DNA from: a virus
Direction: 5' to 3' (one strand)
IMG/VR virus record: IMGVR_UViG_3300043465_002420
DNA length: 64,000 nucleotides
The notes beneath the pieces were generated by a model. That model was not told where the DNA came from. It made no database searches and worked only from the letters and a program-made list of their open reading frames with translations. Shown piece after piece: positions 29,807-38,199 of the stretch. How positions within the stretch are numbered: the first letter of the stretch is position 1; every line of letters starts with the position of its first letter. A program made the translations under genes and the position numbers.

Positions 29807-30793
29807 ATGAAATCATTTATGGAATATGTACAACTGAAAAACGAAGGTCTCTTTGATTTTTTCAAATCGAAAAAACCTGCTTCTGCTCCTACTGGTGCTT
29901 CAACTGCTCCTACTGGTGCTTCAACTGCTCCTACTGGTGCTTCAACTGCTCCTACTGGTGCTTCTGACAGAGAGAAAAAAAGAAAGCCTTTAGATACTTA
30001 TGATCCTTACACTGCCAAATATAGTCCTCTAACGAGAGATGGACATAGCTATGTAAATTATAAGCGTATGTCGCCTGATGAAATTGCAGCAGCCGAAGAT
30101 CAAAGTGATAAAAACAGCATCGATGCATATTATGGAAAAGAAAAAGATCCTGGCATGAAAGCATTAATAGACCATGGCAATCCTGTGGATAAATTTAAAA
30201 AATTAGAAGACGATATTAAATATGGAAGATTTTCGTACAATACAAGCAATGTTCCAAAAATGATGCTTTTTATGTTGAATAATCATATGGATGGCAGCTA
30301 TATGCCATTTTTCGGTTCTTTGGTAAAAAACAATGCGGTTAAAATGATTCCATATGATCTCGCTTTGAGAACTATGGAATTAAACTTTGGAAGTAACTCA
30401 AGTATGATGGCACTTAGATCTTTTCTCGCAAGACATCTTATGGAAAAAACTCCAAGTAAAATACAAGGTTTAGAATCATTGGAGTTAATCAGAAAAAGTT
30501 TAGTATCAACTGATAAATGGGCAAAAACAATTTTATATACACCTGATTTCTTGCAACACATAAAAGAAGAAGATATAAAAGACATTTGGTTGAAATTCTT
30601 TGAAAGAAGACCAGACTTGGCGAAGAAATATTATGAAAAAAATGGCGAAAGAATGCGACTTAATCAAAAGTACAAACAAGCAAATGACACTAGATATCAA
30701 AAACCAAATGATATGGAAAATTTAATTTTTTCCATGTTTGGCGAAAAAAACGAATCATTCAAGACACATAAAAAATCATTATTTGACTGGTAA
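29807..30793 (+). CDS. Hypothetical protein with capsid-targeting-like N-terminus and APTGAST repeats
   Basis: MKSFMEYVQLKNEGLFDFF start. Confidence 0.7.
   Translation: MKSFMEYVQLKNEGLFDFFKSKKPASAPTGASTAPTGASTAPTGASTAPTGASDREKKRKPLDTYDPYTAKYSPLTRDGHSYVNYKRMSPDEIAAAEDQSDKNSIDAYYGKEKDPGMKALIDHGNPVDKFKKLEDDIKYGRFSYNTSNVPKMMLFMLNNHMDGSYMPFFGSLVKNNAVKMIPYDLALRTMELNFGSNSSMMALRSFLARHLMEKTPSKIQGLESLELIRKSLVSTDKWAKTILYTPDFLQHIKEEDIKDIWLKFFERRPDLAKKYYEKNGERMRLNQKYKQANDTRYQKPNDMENLIFSMFGEKNESFKTHKKSLFDW
29883..29965 (+). repeat. 21-bp in-frame tandem repeat x4
   Basis: CTGCTCCTACTGGTGCTTCAA units encoding (T)APTGAS. Confidence 0.9.
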
Positions 30794-30796
30794 ACT

Positions 30797-31132
30797 ATGA
30801 ACTTCACAGAATGGCTAAACAATCGTGATCCTGAAATGTTGAATGAAATTAAAAAACCATTCAAAAATTTCAATAAAGAAAAAAACCATCCAGAAGGTGG
30901 TCTTAAACCATCCTACGCCAAAAAATTAGGCATTCATGCAGGTATTGACACCAAGCGTGAGGCCGAAAAAAAAGGTGGCGTTCATAAAATGTCAGATAAA
31001 ACAAAGGCAAGAAGAAAATCATTCTGTGCCAGGATGTGTGGCCATAAAAAGAAGAATACATCATCAAAAACTGCAAATGATCCGAAAAGCAAAATCAATG
31101 CAGCTTTGAGGGTTTGGAAATGTCGCTGCTAA
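30797..31132 (+). CDS. Basic phage protein with RRKSFCARM motif (DUF6321-like)
   Basis: RRKSFCARMCG...KINAALRVWKC; N-terminus MNFTEWLN. Confidence 0.65.
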   Translation: MNFTEWLNNRDPEMLNEIKKPFKNFNKEKNHPEGGLKPSYAKKLGIHAGIDTKREAEKKGGVHKMSDKTKARRKSFCARMCGHKKKNTSSKTANDPKSKINAALRVWKCRC

Positions 31133-31707
31133 ATTTTATAAGCGTAAACAGTAAGATCATTTGACAAGTAATCATTTCTTATTACATATTTATCAGTGAC
31201 TGATTGCATCAAAAATGAAACATCATCTATTGTGCAATGTTTCATATCAACATCTTTGTTTTCACAAGAATCAGAAAGCAAATTAAACGCAATTCCTTTT
31301 TTGCACAAGCAAAACATTTTCTCAATTGTCTTTTGTGTTGTTTCTTCCCAATTATTTTTCAATGCAAAAACACCAGATGCAAAACACCAATCAAATTCCC
31401 CTTTAGTTTCAAATACAGATTGATTCAAGAAATTACCTTGGAACAAACCTTTCCATTTATCCTCGTACTTTTCCTTAGCTATAATGATGGCTGAATTTCT
31501 CAAATCAATTCCAAGATAATCATCAAAATGATAGCTTAAATCGCCATGACCACAACCAACATCCAAAACACTATCCGTGATCTCCAATCCAGATATTTCC
31601 ATCAATACCTTGAATCTTATTTTTTGGGTGTGTTCGTTGCTCCATCCTAATGACCTAACACCAACTTCTTTTCCGAACTTTTCTTGATATGTTTTTTCTA
31701 AATTCAC
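31129..31707 (-). CDS. Class I SAM methyltransferase
   Basis: SLGWS, QKIRF, SVLDVGCGHG, FASGVF. Confidence 0.8.
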   Translation of the reverse strand: MNLEKTYQEKFGKEVGVRSLGWSNEHTQKIRFKVLMEISGLEITDSVLDVGCGHGDLSYHFDDYLGIDLRNSAIIIAKEKYEDKWKGLFQGNFLNQSVFETKGEFDWCFASGVFALKNNWEETTQKTIEKMFCLCKKGIAFNLLSDSCENKDVDMKHCTIDDVSFLMQSVTDKYVIRNDYLSNDLTVYAYKI

Positions 31708-31728
31708 TATTTTTTCCTATGAATTATG

Positions 31729-31763
31729 ACGAACTACTAATTTAAAAAAAATTAGTAGTTCGT
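31729..31763. terminator. 15-bp perfect hairpin 3' of the tRNA
   Basis: ACGAACTACTAATTT-AAAAA-AAATTAGTAGTTCGT. Confidence 0.55.
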
Positions 31764-31829
31764 TGTAAATTAACCCGATCATATCTGAAAACCAACGGAA
31801 TTCGACCATTTAATCATATGATCAGGTAG

Positions 31830-31902
31830 TACCCCTAGCAGGATTCGCACCTGCGACCAATAAATTAGAAATTTATTGCTCTATCTCCTGAGCTATAGGG
31901 GC
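31830..31902 (-). tRNA. tRNA-Arg (anticodon TCT), CCA not encoded
   Basis: GCCCCTA/TAGGGGT acceptor, GCTC/GAGC D stem, ATAAA-TTTCTAA-TTTAT anticodon arm, GCAGG-TGCGAAT-CCTGC T arm. Confidence 0.9.
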
Positions 31903-31908
31903 AAAATT

Positions 31909-31937
31909 ATTATAATCAAAAAAATTAAAATTAACAA
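31909..31937 (-). promoter_or_regulatory. sigma70-like promoter of the tRNA
   Basis: TTGTTA-N17-TATAAT; G1 of the tRNA lies 7 nt after the -10 hexamer. Confidence 0.6.
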
Positions 31938-31981
31938 CGAATCATTGAAATAATAAAAAAATCAAATGAATATATATTTAC

Positions 31982-32569
31982 ATGGAAACACTACTCACCA
32001 AAGACCGCAAAGAAAAATTAAGTATTTACATTCAATTGGCAAATTGCTTAGAAGGCGACTTCGCAGAAGTTGGTGTATACAAAGGAGGAAGTGCCGAAAT
32101 AATAGCTATAAATAAAAATGAAAATAAAAATTTATATTTATTTGACACTTTCGAAGGAATGCCAGAAGTTAATGAAAATGTTGATAACTTTCATAAAAAA
32201 AACGATTTTAACGATACATCTTATTCAAATATTTGCTTGGGCTTAAGCCATTATAAAAATGTTTTTATTTACAAAGGAATTTTTCCAAATGAACATAGCG
32301 ATAAAATAAAAGATAAAAAGTTCTCTTTGGTTCACATAGATGTTGACATTTACAAAAGTTATATTGATTGCTTGAATTTCTTTTATCCAAAAATGATAGA
32401 TGGAGGAATTATTATTTTGGATGATTATTCTGCTCCGACATGCAAAGGTGCAAAAATAGCAGTCGATGAGTTCTTTTCAAATAAACTTGAAAAACCAATA
32501 TGGGAAACAAAACCTCAAGTGTGTATTGTCAAACAACCGACACTCATCAAACAACCAAAAATCAATTGA
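31982..32569 (+). CDS. TylF/MycF-family O-methyltransferase
   Basis: EGDFAEVGVYKGGS, LFDTFEG, VHIDVDIY, GGIIILDDY. Confidence 0.85.
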   Translation: METLLTKDRKEKLSIYIQLANCLEGDFAEVGVYKGGSAEIIAINKNENKNLYLFDTFEGMPEVNENVDNFHKKNDFNDTSYSNICLGLSHYKNVFIYKGIFPNEHSDKIKDKKFSLVHIDVDIYKSYIDCLNFFYPKMIDGGIIILDDYSAPTCKGAKIAVDEFFSNKLEKPIWETKPQVCIVKQPTLIKQPKIN

Positions 32570-33215
32570 GCCAATTCAATTTCATTTCATCTTTAGTCCA
32601 AGTGTTTTTAAAATCTAAATTCGGAATTGGATATGATTGTGTATCTAAGTTTAATTCGCCATATTCCTTTTTATTTACCATAGTTATTTCTAAGGTTTCA
32701 GGAACATTTTGAATATACTCACCAAAATTATTCCCATGAACATGAACTACATGATAATTTTCTATTATTTTATCTAATACTGATAATGATTTATTCTTTG
32801 GATTTATGGTCAAATGAAGTTCGAATGTGAAAGTGTTAACTTTGTCACAAAAGTGAATTACATCTAAAGTTTCAAAAAAATCCCACTCGTAACCTTCAAT
32901 ATCCATTTTCAACAATATTTTTTTTGCTTCTTGAACTTCTGTTATGTTTTTGAAATCATCATATCCAACGAGTTTCATTTGTTTTGCCCAAGGCTCCAGA
33001 TTTCCAGCAATATCATAACCTATTACTTTTTTATTTTTCTCTATTAATTGCTTTTCATAATGTATGTCACTACCCAATCCAAAACAAACAAACAAATCAC
33101 ATTCTTCAACAGATCGAATTGGAACAACATACCCACCATCTCCATTGCCTCCTATTCTGATTTTTTCAATTTTTCTAGGAAGCATGTTTTTCGCCATCCA
33201 ATCATAAATTTCCAT
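32562..33215 (-). CDS. Methyltransferase (FkbM/Methyltransf_22-like)
   Basis: RIGGNGDGGY, LKMDIEGYEW, HVHGNN. Confidence 0.75.
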   Translation of the reverse strand: MEIYDWMAKNMLPRKIEKIRIGGNGDGGYVVPIRSVEECDLFVCFGLGSDIHYEKQLIEKNKKVIGYDIAGNLEPWAKQMKLVGYDDFKNITEVQEAKKILLKMDIEGYEWDFFETLDVIHFCDKVNTFTFELHLTINPKNKSLSVLDKIIENYHVVHVHGNNFGEYIQNVPETLEITMVNKKEYGELNLDTQSYPIPNLDFKNTWTKDEMKLNWLN

Positions 33216-33391
33216 TTAATCTTTCCTTTTTACACAATAATAATGATTTTTCCACTACAAACAAGCAATATGCTGTCCAGTATAAGTAGATAGAAATTTA
33301 TTTTGGGAAAATATCCATTTTTAATTGAATATTTCCCGACTTAAAACGAACAAGATAATAGGAAGATAACTTTAACCCAAGGAGAATCAAA

Positions 33392-33826
33392 ATGATTCGA
33401 GAAGATGAAGAAAACATTCTAAATTGTAATTGCAGCAGGTATTACATTGTACCAATGGATAAAATGGCTGATTTAATGGGAATACCATTAGTTTTGGATG
33501 AATTTGGAATGGATGATAGAGATTACGATGTCACAAACAAAGTACTAGCTGCTGGTGGTGATTTCGTTAACCTTGAAACTGGCGAAGTTGAAGCAGATCC
33601 AGTCAAAATCGTCAAAAAATACAGAGTTGATGTAGATGGCAATAACGAAGTAATTATCGAAATTAGAGCAATTAAATCAACTGCTCATAGGTTCCTTATG
33701 AAAGGAGAACCAACAAGGGATGAATATGTCTTAAAAAGAACAAAAGAACTAGGATTAAATGGTATAGATCTGATCAATAACCTCGAAAAATTTCACGAAG
33801 AATACAAACAACTAACAGCCAGCTAA
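33392..33826 (+). CDS. Hypothetical protein
   Basis: 144 aa; SD AAGGAG. Confidence 0.7.
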   Translation: MIREDEENILNCNCSRYYIVPMDKMADLMGIPLVLDEFGMDDRDYDVTNKVLAAGGDFVNLETGEVEADPVKIVKKYRVDVDGNNEVIIEIRAIKSTAHRFLMKGEPTRDEYVLKRTKELGLNGIDLINNLEKFHEEYKQLTAS

Positions 33827-33836
33827 GGAGAAGATC

Positions 33837-34265
33837 ATGAAAAGGGAATGCGAAGATTGCGGAACTATTTTTTTAGATAACAGATATTTCAAAGGAGAAC
33901 TTCCAAAAAATGCATTTTGTCCACTCTGTTGTTCAGAGAGATATTTTGCAGATGTAGACCATGGAAATAAAGTTCTAAAAGAAGAAACTTGGAATTTTAG
34001 ATCAAATTGGAAAGCAAAAGTTTGGAATAGCTCCTCGCTATATGAAGAAGGTTCTGATTTTCTTCATATAGATATAAAACAAGGAAAACTTGAATTAGAA
34101 ATGGCAATTAAAAAAAGAGAAGGCTCTACTGATGAATTCCTTGTTTGGATTGGGAATAAACAATTTATTTGCAAAGCAGAACCAACAGATGAAGAAGCAA
34201 GGCACGAACAAGGAAAAATATTAAGTGAACATAGTCCTTTAGAGATATTGGACAAAGAAATATGA
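33837..34265 (+). CDS. Hypothetical protein with N-terminal zinc ribbon
   Basis: CEDC...CPLC; SD AAGGAG. Confidence 0.65.
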   Translation: MKRECEDCGTIFLDNRYFKGELPKNAFCPLCCSERYFADVDHGNKVLKEETWNFRSNWKAKVWNSSSLYEEGSDFLHIDIKQGKLELEMAIKKREGSTDEFLVWIGNKQFICKAEPTDEEARHEQGKILSEHSPLEILDKEI

Positions 34266-34396
34266 TTCCTTAGTTCACGCAAACCGCTTTCCCTTAACTA
34301 AGAGCATTCCTTAGTTCACTTTGCTGGACTAAGAACATTCCTTAGTTCACGGAAACCGCTTTCCCTTAACTAAGGACATTCCTTAGTTAAGGGAAA
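34261..34396. repeat. Intergenic array of palindromic 21-bp units ending in a 17-bp perfect hairpin
   Basis: (A/G)ACTAAG-RRCATTC-CTTAGTT at 34296, 34327 and 34368, plus a half copy at 34265; TTTCCCTTAACTAAGGA-CAT-TCCTTAGTTAAGGGAAA at 34360-34396. Confidence 0.85.
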
Positions 34397-34410
34397 CTAA
34401 CTTAAATTAC

Positions 34411-35124
34411 TTACAAAATCTTATTATTGATCCTCATAAGCCTAATATCTTTCTTCTTGTCATCTTTTTCTGGTGCTGTACTAACTCCATCTGCTTGATC
34501 ATAAGCAAATATTCCAAATTGTAATATCGTGTAAATATCACTTCTAAGCATTACATCAATTGATGTCGTAATGCCATTTTTAACAATACTAGATAAAAGC
34601 CTTTTAGCCATAACTGGATCAACAGAATAAGAATGTGTTCTCAAACAAAATCTATAATTGCAATTCAACTGACCATGAATTGGAATGCTACCCCAATAAT
34701 TATTCTGAAGTTGCTCAATGCTTCCCAAATATATAATCGCATTAAATGCTGGATGATGTGTGAAATTCTGTAAAACAATTGCATCATGTTCCAAAACAAT
34801 AATTGGTCTATCTATTTCAACACAATGTGACCAAAGTGCAACATGACTTAAAACAGTACAAATTTCAGTAAGTGCCAAGGCTTCATTTACAACTTTAACC
34901 CATTTTACCCAATTTTGATTTTTTAAATGTTCTGGAACTATTATTTCTCCAGTAGTTCCATTGAATGCTTCTGATACTTTACATGGCATTCCAACTTTAT
35001 CACAGCTTTCTGCACATCTTCTAGACATCGACTCAGAAAGCTCATGACCTTTTATCGTAATAATATATGCAGATTCTATTTCTGTATTATAATTGAAATT
35101 TAATGTTTCTTTTAGTTTTTCCAT
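34411..35124 (-). CDS. GT25-like glycosyltransferase
   Basis: AYIITIK, EICTVLSHVALW, IIVLEHDA, THSYSVDP. Confidence 0.7.
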   Translation of the reverse strand: MEKLKETLNFNYNTEIESAYIITIKGHELSESMSRRCAESCDKVGMPCKVSEAFNGTTGEIIVPEHLKNQNWVKWVKVVNEALALTEICTVLSHVALWSHCVEIDRPIIVLEHDAIVLQNFTHHPAFNAIIYLGSIEQLQNNYWGSIPIHGQLNCNYRFCLRTHSYSVDPVMAKRLLSSIVKNGITTSIDVMLRSDIYTILQFGIFAYDQADGVSTAPEKDDKKKDIRLMRINNKIL

Positions 35125-35126
35125 GG

Positions 35127-35804
35127 TTAAGCCTTAAAGGGAACATCATGTTCGTATATGGTAGTTTCTCCTGCCATGTCTGCTGCAAAAATACCAAATG
35201 ACACTATTGAAAACTCCTGTACCTTCATCATTACATCAACCGCAGTATAGATTCCTCTTTCAATCGCATGGGATACCAAATTTTTAGCAACCAATGGATC
35301 AATTGAGTAAGCGTGTGTTCTAAGAATGTAACGATAATTGTGACCCATTTGTGCATGTGGTGGTATGGGATTCCAATAATTACTTTTAACCTGTTCGCTG
35401 CTACCTAAATAAACAATTGAATTGAAAACATTATGATGTGTAAAAGGCTGAAGCATAATAGCATCATGTTCCAATGCTACCAAAGGCATATCTTCTTCTA
35501 TACACTTACACCAAAGAGAAAAATGAGAAAGCCAGCAGCAAATTTCTGGTTTAGTTAAACTATAATTTGTTAATTTCAACCACTTTAACCAATTGGTATT
35601 TCTAGCATGTTCTGGAACTTTGATCTTTTCGCCAGTGCCATCAAAGGCATCCCATATAACTGCTTTTTGACCAACCCTATTGCAAGACTCAAGACATCGT
35701 TGACCCATAAGCTCTGAATTCTTATGATCTTTGATTGTGATAATATAAGAATTGCTTACTTCTGTGTTATAGTTCCAATTAAGTGTTGGCTCTAATATTT
35801 CCAT
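35127..35804 (-). CDS. GT25-like glycosyltransferase (tandem paralog)
   Basis: SYIITIK, EICCWLSHFSLW, VALEHDA, THAYSIDP. Confidence 0.7.
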   Translation of the reverse strand: MEILEPTLNWNYNTEVSNSYIITIKDHKNSELMGQRCLESCNRVGQKAVIWDAFDGTGEKIKVPEHARNTNWLKWLKLTNYSLTKPEICCWLSHFSLWCKCIEEDMPLVALEHDAIMLQPFTHHNVFNSIVYLGSSEQVKSNYWNPIPPHAQMGHNYRYILRTHAYSIDPLVAKNLVSHAIERGIYTAVDVMMKVQEFSIVSFGIFAADMAGETTIYEHDVPFKA

Positions 35805-35805
35805 T

Positions 35806-35997
35806 TTACCTTAAGTCATCTATAAAAAATTCTTGATCGAATTCTTTTGGAAAGCATCCAAGGTCGAACATTTTCTTTATACACTTGTTATAAAGATCTG
35901 TAGTTGGACTTCTATGAATTGCATGGTTCCTTGCCATTATAGCAAGTTTTATTGAAATTTCTTTTAGTTCTTCAAATTCTTTTTTATAGTTTTTCAT
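35806..35997 (-). CDS. Hypothetical protein
   Basis: 63-aa ORF in a tightly packed minus-strand run. Confidence 0.5.
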   Translation of the reverse strand: MKNYKKEFEELKEISIKLAIMARNHAIHRSPTTDLYNKCIKKMFDLGCFPKEFDQEFFIDDLR

Positions 35998-36018
35998 ATA
36001 TTAAAATAGCGTGTAATT

Positions 36019-36234
36019 TCATTTTATCAAACTTGTTAATCTTCCTTTTTTGATTTTTTTAAGAATAAACTTTTTAACTTTTCTTTTTATCTTTGGAAAT
36101 CTTTTTTCAGATTCAACATTTTTACGAAGTTTTTTCAACTTTACAACTTCTACCAATAATTGAAATGTTAAATTTGATAAATATAATAAAATGCCAATAA
36201 TAATTATTGGCATCAATATAAAAAATATAATCAT
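36019..36234 (-). CDS. Small membrane protein with basic tail
   Basis: N-terminal TM segment, Lys-rich C-terminus. Confidence 0.45.
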   Translation of the reverse strand: MIIFFILMPIIIIGILLYLSNLTFQLLVEVVKLKKLRKNVESEKRFPKIKRKVKKFILKKIKKGRLTSLIK

Positions 36235-36678
36235 TTAACAACACTTTCCAATTCCACATTTATCTGGAGCAAGACAAGCAGTATGCTTTTTTCCTAAAAC
36301 ATATAACAAGCCAGATGGTGTTATTTCTATTTCTGCTATTGGGAACTGCGAAATAAACTCTTGTTCATATTCCATTTCCACAAAAATATCTTCAGAACAA
36401 AAAAGTTTATTAGCATGGTCAAATATAGTTTTTAATTTTGTACTAGTAAGTCTATGATCAACATCATCTGCAACTAATATCTGAAGCAAACAAGAAGTGA
36501 CCTCCCTAAGAGTTCCACCGCAATCTACAAAATCTTTTTTAACTTTTCCGATTTCAGTTACATGGAAATGAGGCGGTACAAAACTACCATCTGGCAGCAT
36601 TATCTGCATATGAACATATTCGTTTTCCAATAAAATATCTTTCAAAGCCTTAAGCGTTATCATTTTTTTGGTATCCAT
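36235..36678 (-). CDS. DUF6428-like protein
   Basis: VPPHFHVTEIG...FVDCGG...TACLAPDKCGIGKCC. Confidence 0.7.
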   Translation of the reverse strand: MDTKKMITLKALKDILLENEYVHMQIMLPDGSFVPPHFHVTEIGKVKKDFVDCGGTLREVTSCLLQILVADDVDHRLTSTKLKTIFDHANKLFCSEDIFVEMEYEQEFISQFPIAEIEITPSGLLYVLGKKHTACLAPDKCGIGKCC

Positions 36679-37037
36679 TTGTTTAAAGGAAATTCAACAT
36701 TAACCCATTTCGTAAGCGGAAACTCTATCTGCTTACCGTCATTTGAAACATAATAACATTTTATAACTCCACTTTTATATCCTTTAGTCAAAATTGAAGA
36801 TTGCCAATCTATCAGCTTATCTTCGTTTTTTGCACTCTCGTAACCATCGCTAAATCCAGTATTGTAATTGGTTAATCCCTCGTAATCAGCCTTGTCTTCT
36901 AATACAACTGCTTTGCTGTGCAAGCACTTGTATTCTTCTATTGAATTTTTCATTTCTGCATCCAAATACATGCAGTACGAAACAGGAATCAATGCAAGAA
37001 GAATGTATATCGCAATAACTGGAGAATTAAGTTTCAT
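36660..37037 (-). CDS. Hypothetical membrane-anchored protein
   Basis: Start moved to MKLNSPVIAIYILL; FSDGYESAK motif. Confidence 0.55.
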   Translation of the reverse strand: MKLNSPVIAIYILLALIPVSYCMYLDAEMKNSIEEYKCLHSKAVVLEDKADYEGLTNYNTGFSDGYESAKNEDKLIDWQSSILTKGYKSGVIKCYYVSNDGKQIEFPLTKWVNVEFPLNKWIPKK

Positions 37038-37386
37038 TTCTTTCTTTCTTGATTTTCTTGCCCAATTTAACAGCATCATCAACACCAGTCCAACGCAAAC
37101 ACTCTATGAAAGAATTGGTAGTTTCCATGTTCATTATTTCTGGACACTTCTCACACATTTCTTGAATATGTGAAACATCAGGGTAATGTCGCAAACATCC
37201 CTTAGCCATTTCTCGTACTTCTTTTGGAATTCTTTTTAAATTAAACGCAAGATCAATCAAGAATTTTCTTGTTTGTGCAATCGACCTAGTTCTTTCCTGT
37301 GGTAAAGTCATGTTTTCCCCGATATTCAAACAACTTAATATATTTTCTCCATTATCAAACTTCTCGTCAAACTCTTCTGCCTTCAT
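37027..37386 (-). CDS. BPSL0761-like protein with short N-terminal antitoxin-like extension
   Basis: MTLPQERTRS...KEVREMAKGCLRHYP; start MKAEEF by ATGA overlap, with an alternative start at 37311. Confidence 0.55.
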   Translation of the reverse strand: MKAEEFDEKFDNGENILSCLNIGENMTLPQERTRSIAQTRKFLIDLAFNLKRIPKEVREMAKGCLRHYPDVSHIQEMCEKCPEIMNMETTNSFIECLRWTGVDDAVKLGKKIKKERNET

Positions 37387-37619
37387 CTTAATCTCATAAT
37401 ACATCTGGCAGAGCAAGCCAATATTGCACAACCACTAACTACTGCTTCATATGCGATTTTCTCTTGCTCTTTTAACGCAAGTTGATATTTATTAGAAAGA
37501 ATATTATATCTTTTATGAGATTCAAACATCATTTCTTTGGCACTATGCAAAGAATTTTTAGCATTGTGAAGCCTAAAAGAAGCGTCTAAAACCTCTTGTT
37601 GTAATTCTTGTAAATTCAT
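37383..37619 (-). CDS. Small coiled-coil protein
   Basis: 78-aa ORF with ATGA overlaps at both ends. Confidence 0.55.
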   Translation of the reverse strand: MNLQELQQEVLDASFRLHNAKNSLHSAKEMMFESHKRYNILSNKYQLALKEQEKIAYEAVVSGCAILACSARCIMRLR

Positions 37620-37720
37620 TCATCGATCTCGTCAAGTTCTGGACTAAACAATATTACGATTTGAAACAATATCACCAAAAATAGCAATGCCAAAATTAAA
37701 TGATTCAAAGCCGCATGCAT
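37616..37720 (-). CDS. 34-aa membrane peptide (not in ORF track)
   Basis: MHAALNHLILALLFLVILFQIVILFSPELDEIDE; fills the gap exactly with an ATGA overlap. Confidence 0.45.
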   Translation of the reverse strand: MHAALNHLILALLFLVILFQIVILFSPELDEIDE

Positions 37721-37722
37721 TT

Positions 37723-38196
37723 TCACATCCTAAATTTATTGTTGACTTCGGAAAGGTCAGCAACTGTAACTATATGAATAAAGTCTTTTTCATATTCATC
37801 CCTTATGACACTAATCCAATTGTCGCCAACTTTAATTTCGACATTTAAATCGTTATCTTTTTTTGAAAGCCTTACATACGATATTGCAACAGTCTCAGAA
37901 CAATTGAATTCTTTTATTTCGGCAATAGTTTTTTTTACTGCCTTTTCATCTACTTCATTTTTTTCAGAAGAGACAACTTCTTCTGATTTGACATCTTTCG
38001 AATAGCTTTCAAACTCTTCTATGACAGTTTCAGAAGCGGTTTCCCCAAATCCATTATTATAGTCATATGGCTTACTCGAAAGGTATGTCACTCTGGCTTG
38101 TGTATTATTGATGCCACAGTAAAGAACTTTATTATCCCAATAAGTGAATTGATTGCGATATAGATTTGTCGTTCTTTCAATTACTCTGTATATCAT
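37723..38196 (-). CDS. Hypothetical protein
   Basis: 157-aa ORF. Confidence 0.65.
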   Translation of the reverse strand: MIYRVIERTTNLYRNQFTYWDNKVLYCGINNTQARVTYLSSKPYDYNNGFGETASETVIEEFESYSKDVKSEEVVSSEKNEVDEKAVKKTIAEIKEFNCSETVAISYVRLSKKDNDLNVEIKVGDNWISVIRDEYEKDFIHIVTVADLSEVNNKFRM

Positions 38197-38199
38197 TTT

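Noticed and set aside
34261-34396. Mini CRISPR array
   Set aside because: Repeats are only 21 bp, spacers are 10-20 nt and two are near-identical, and there are no cas genes in the window.
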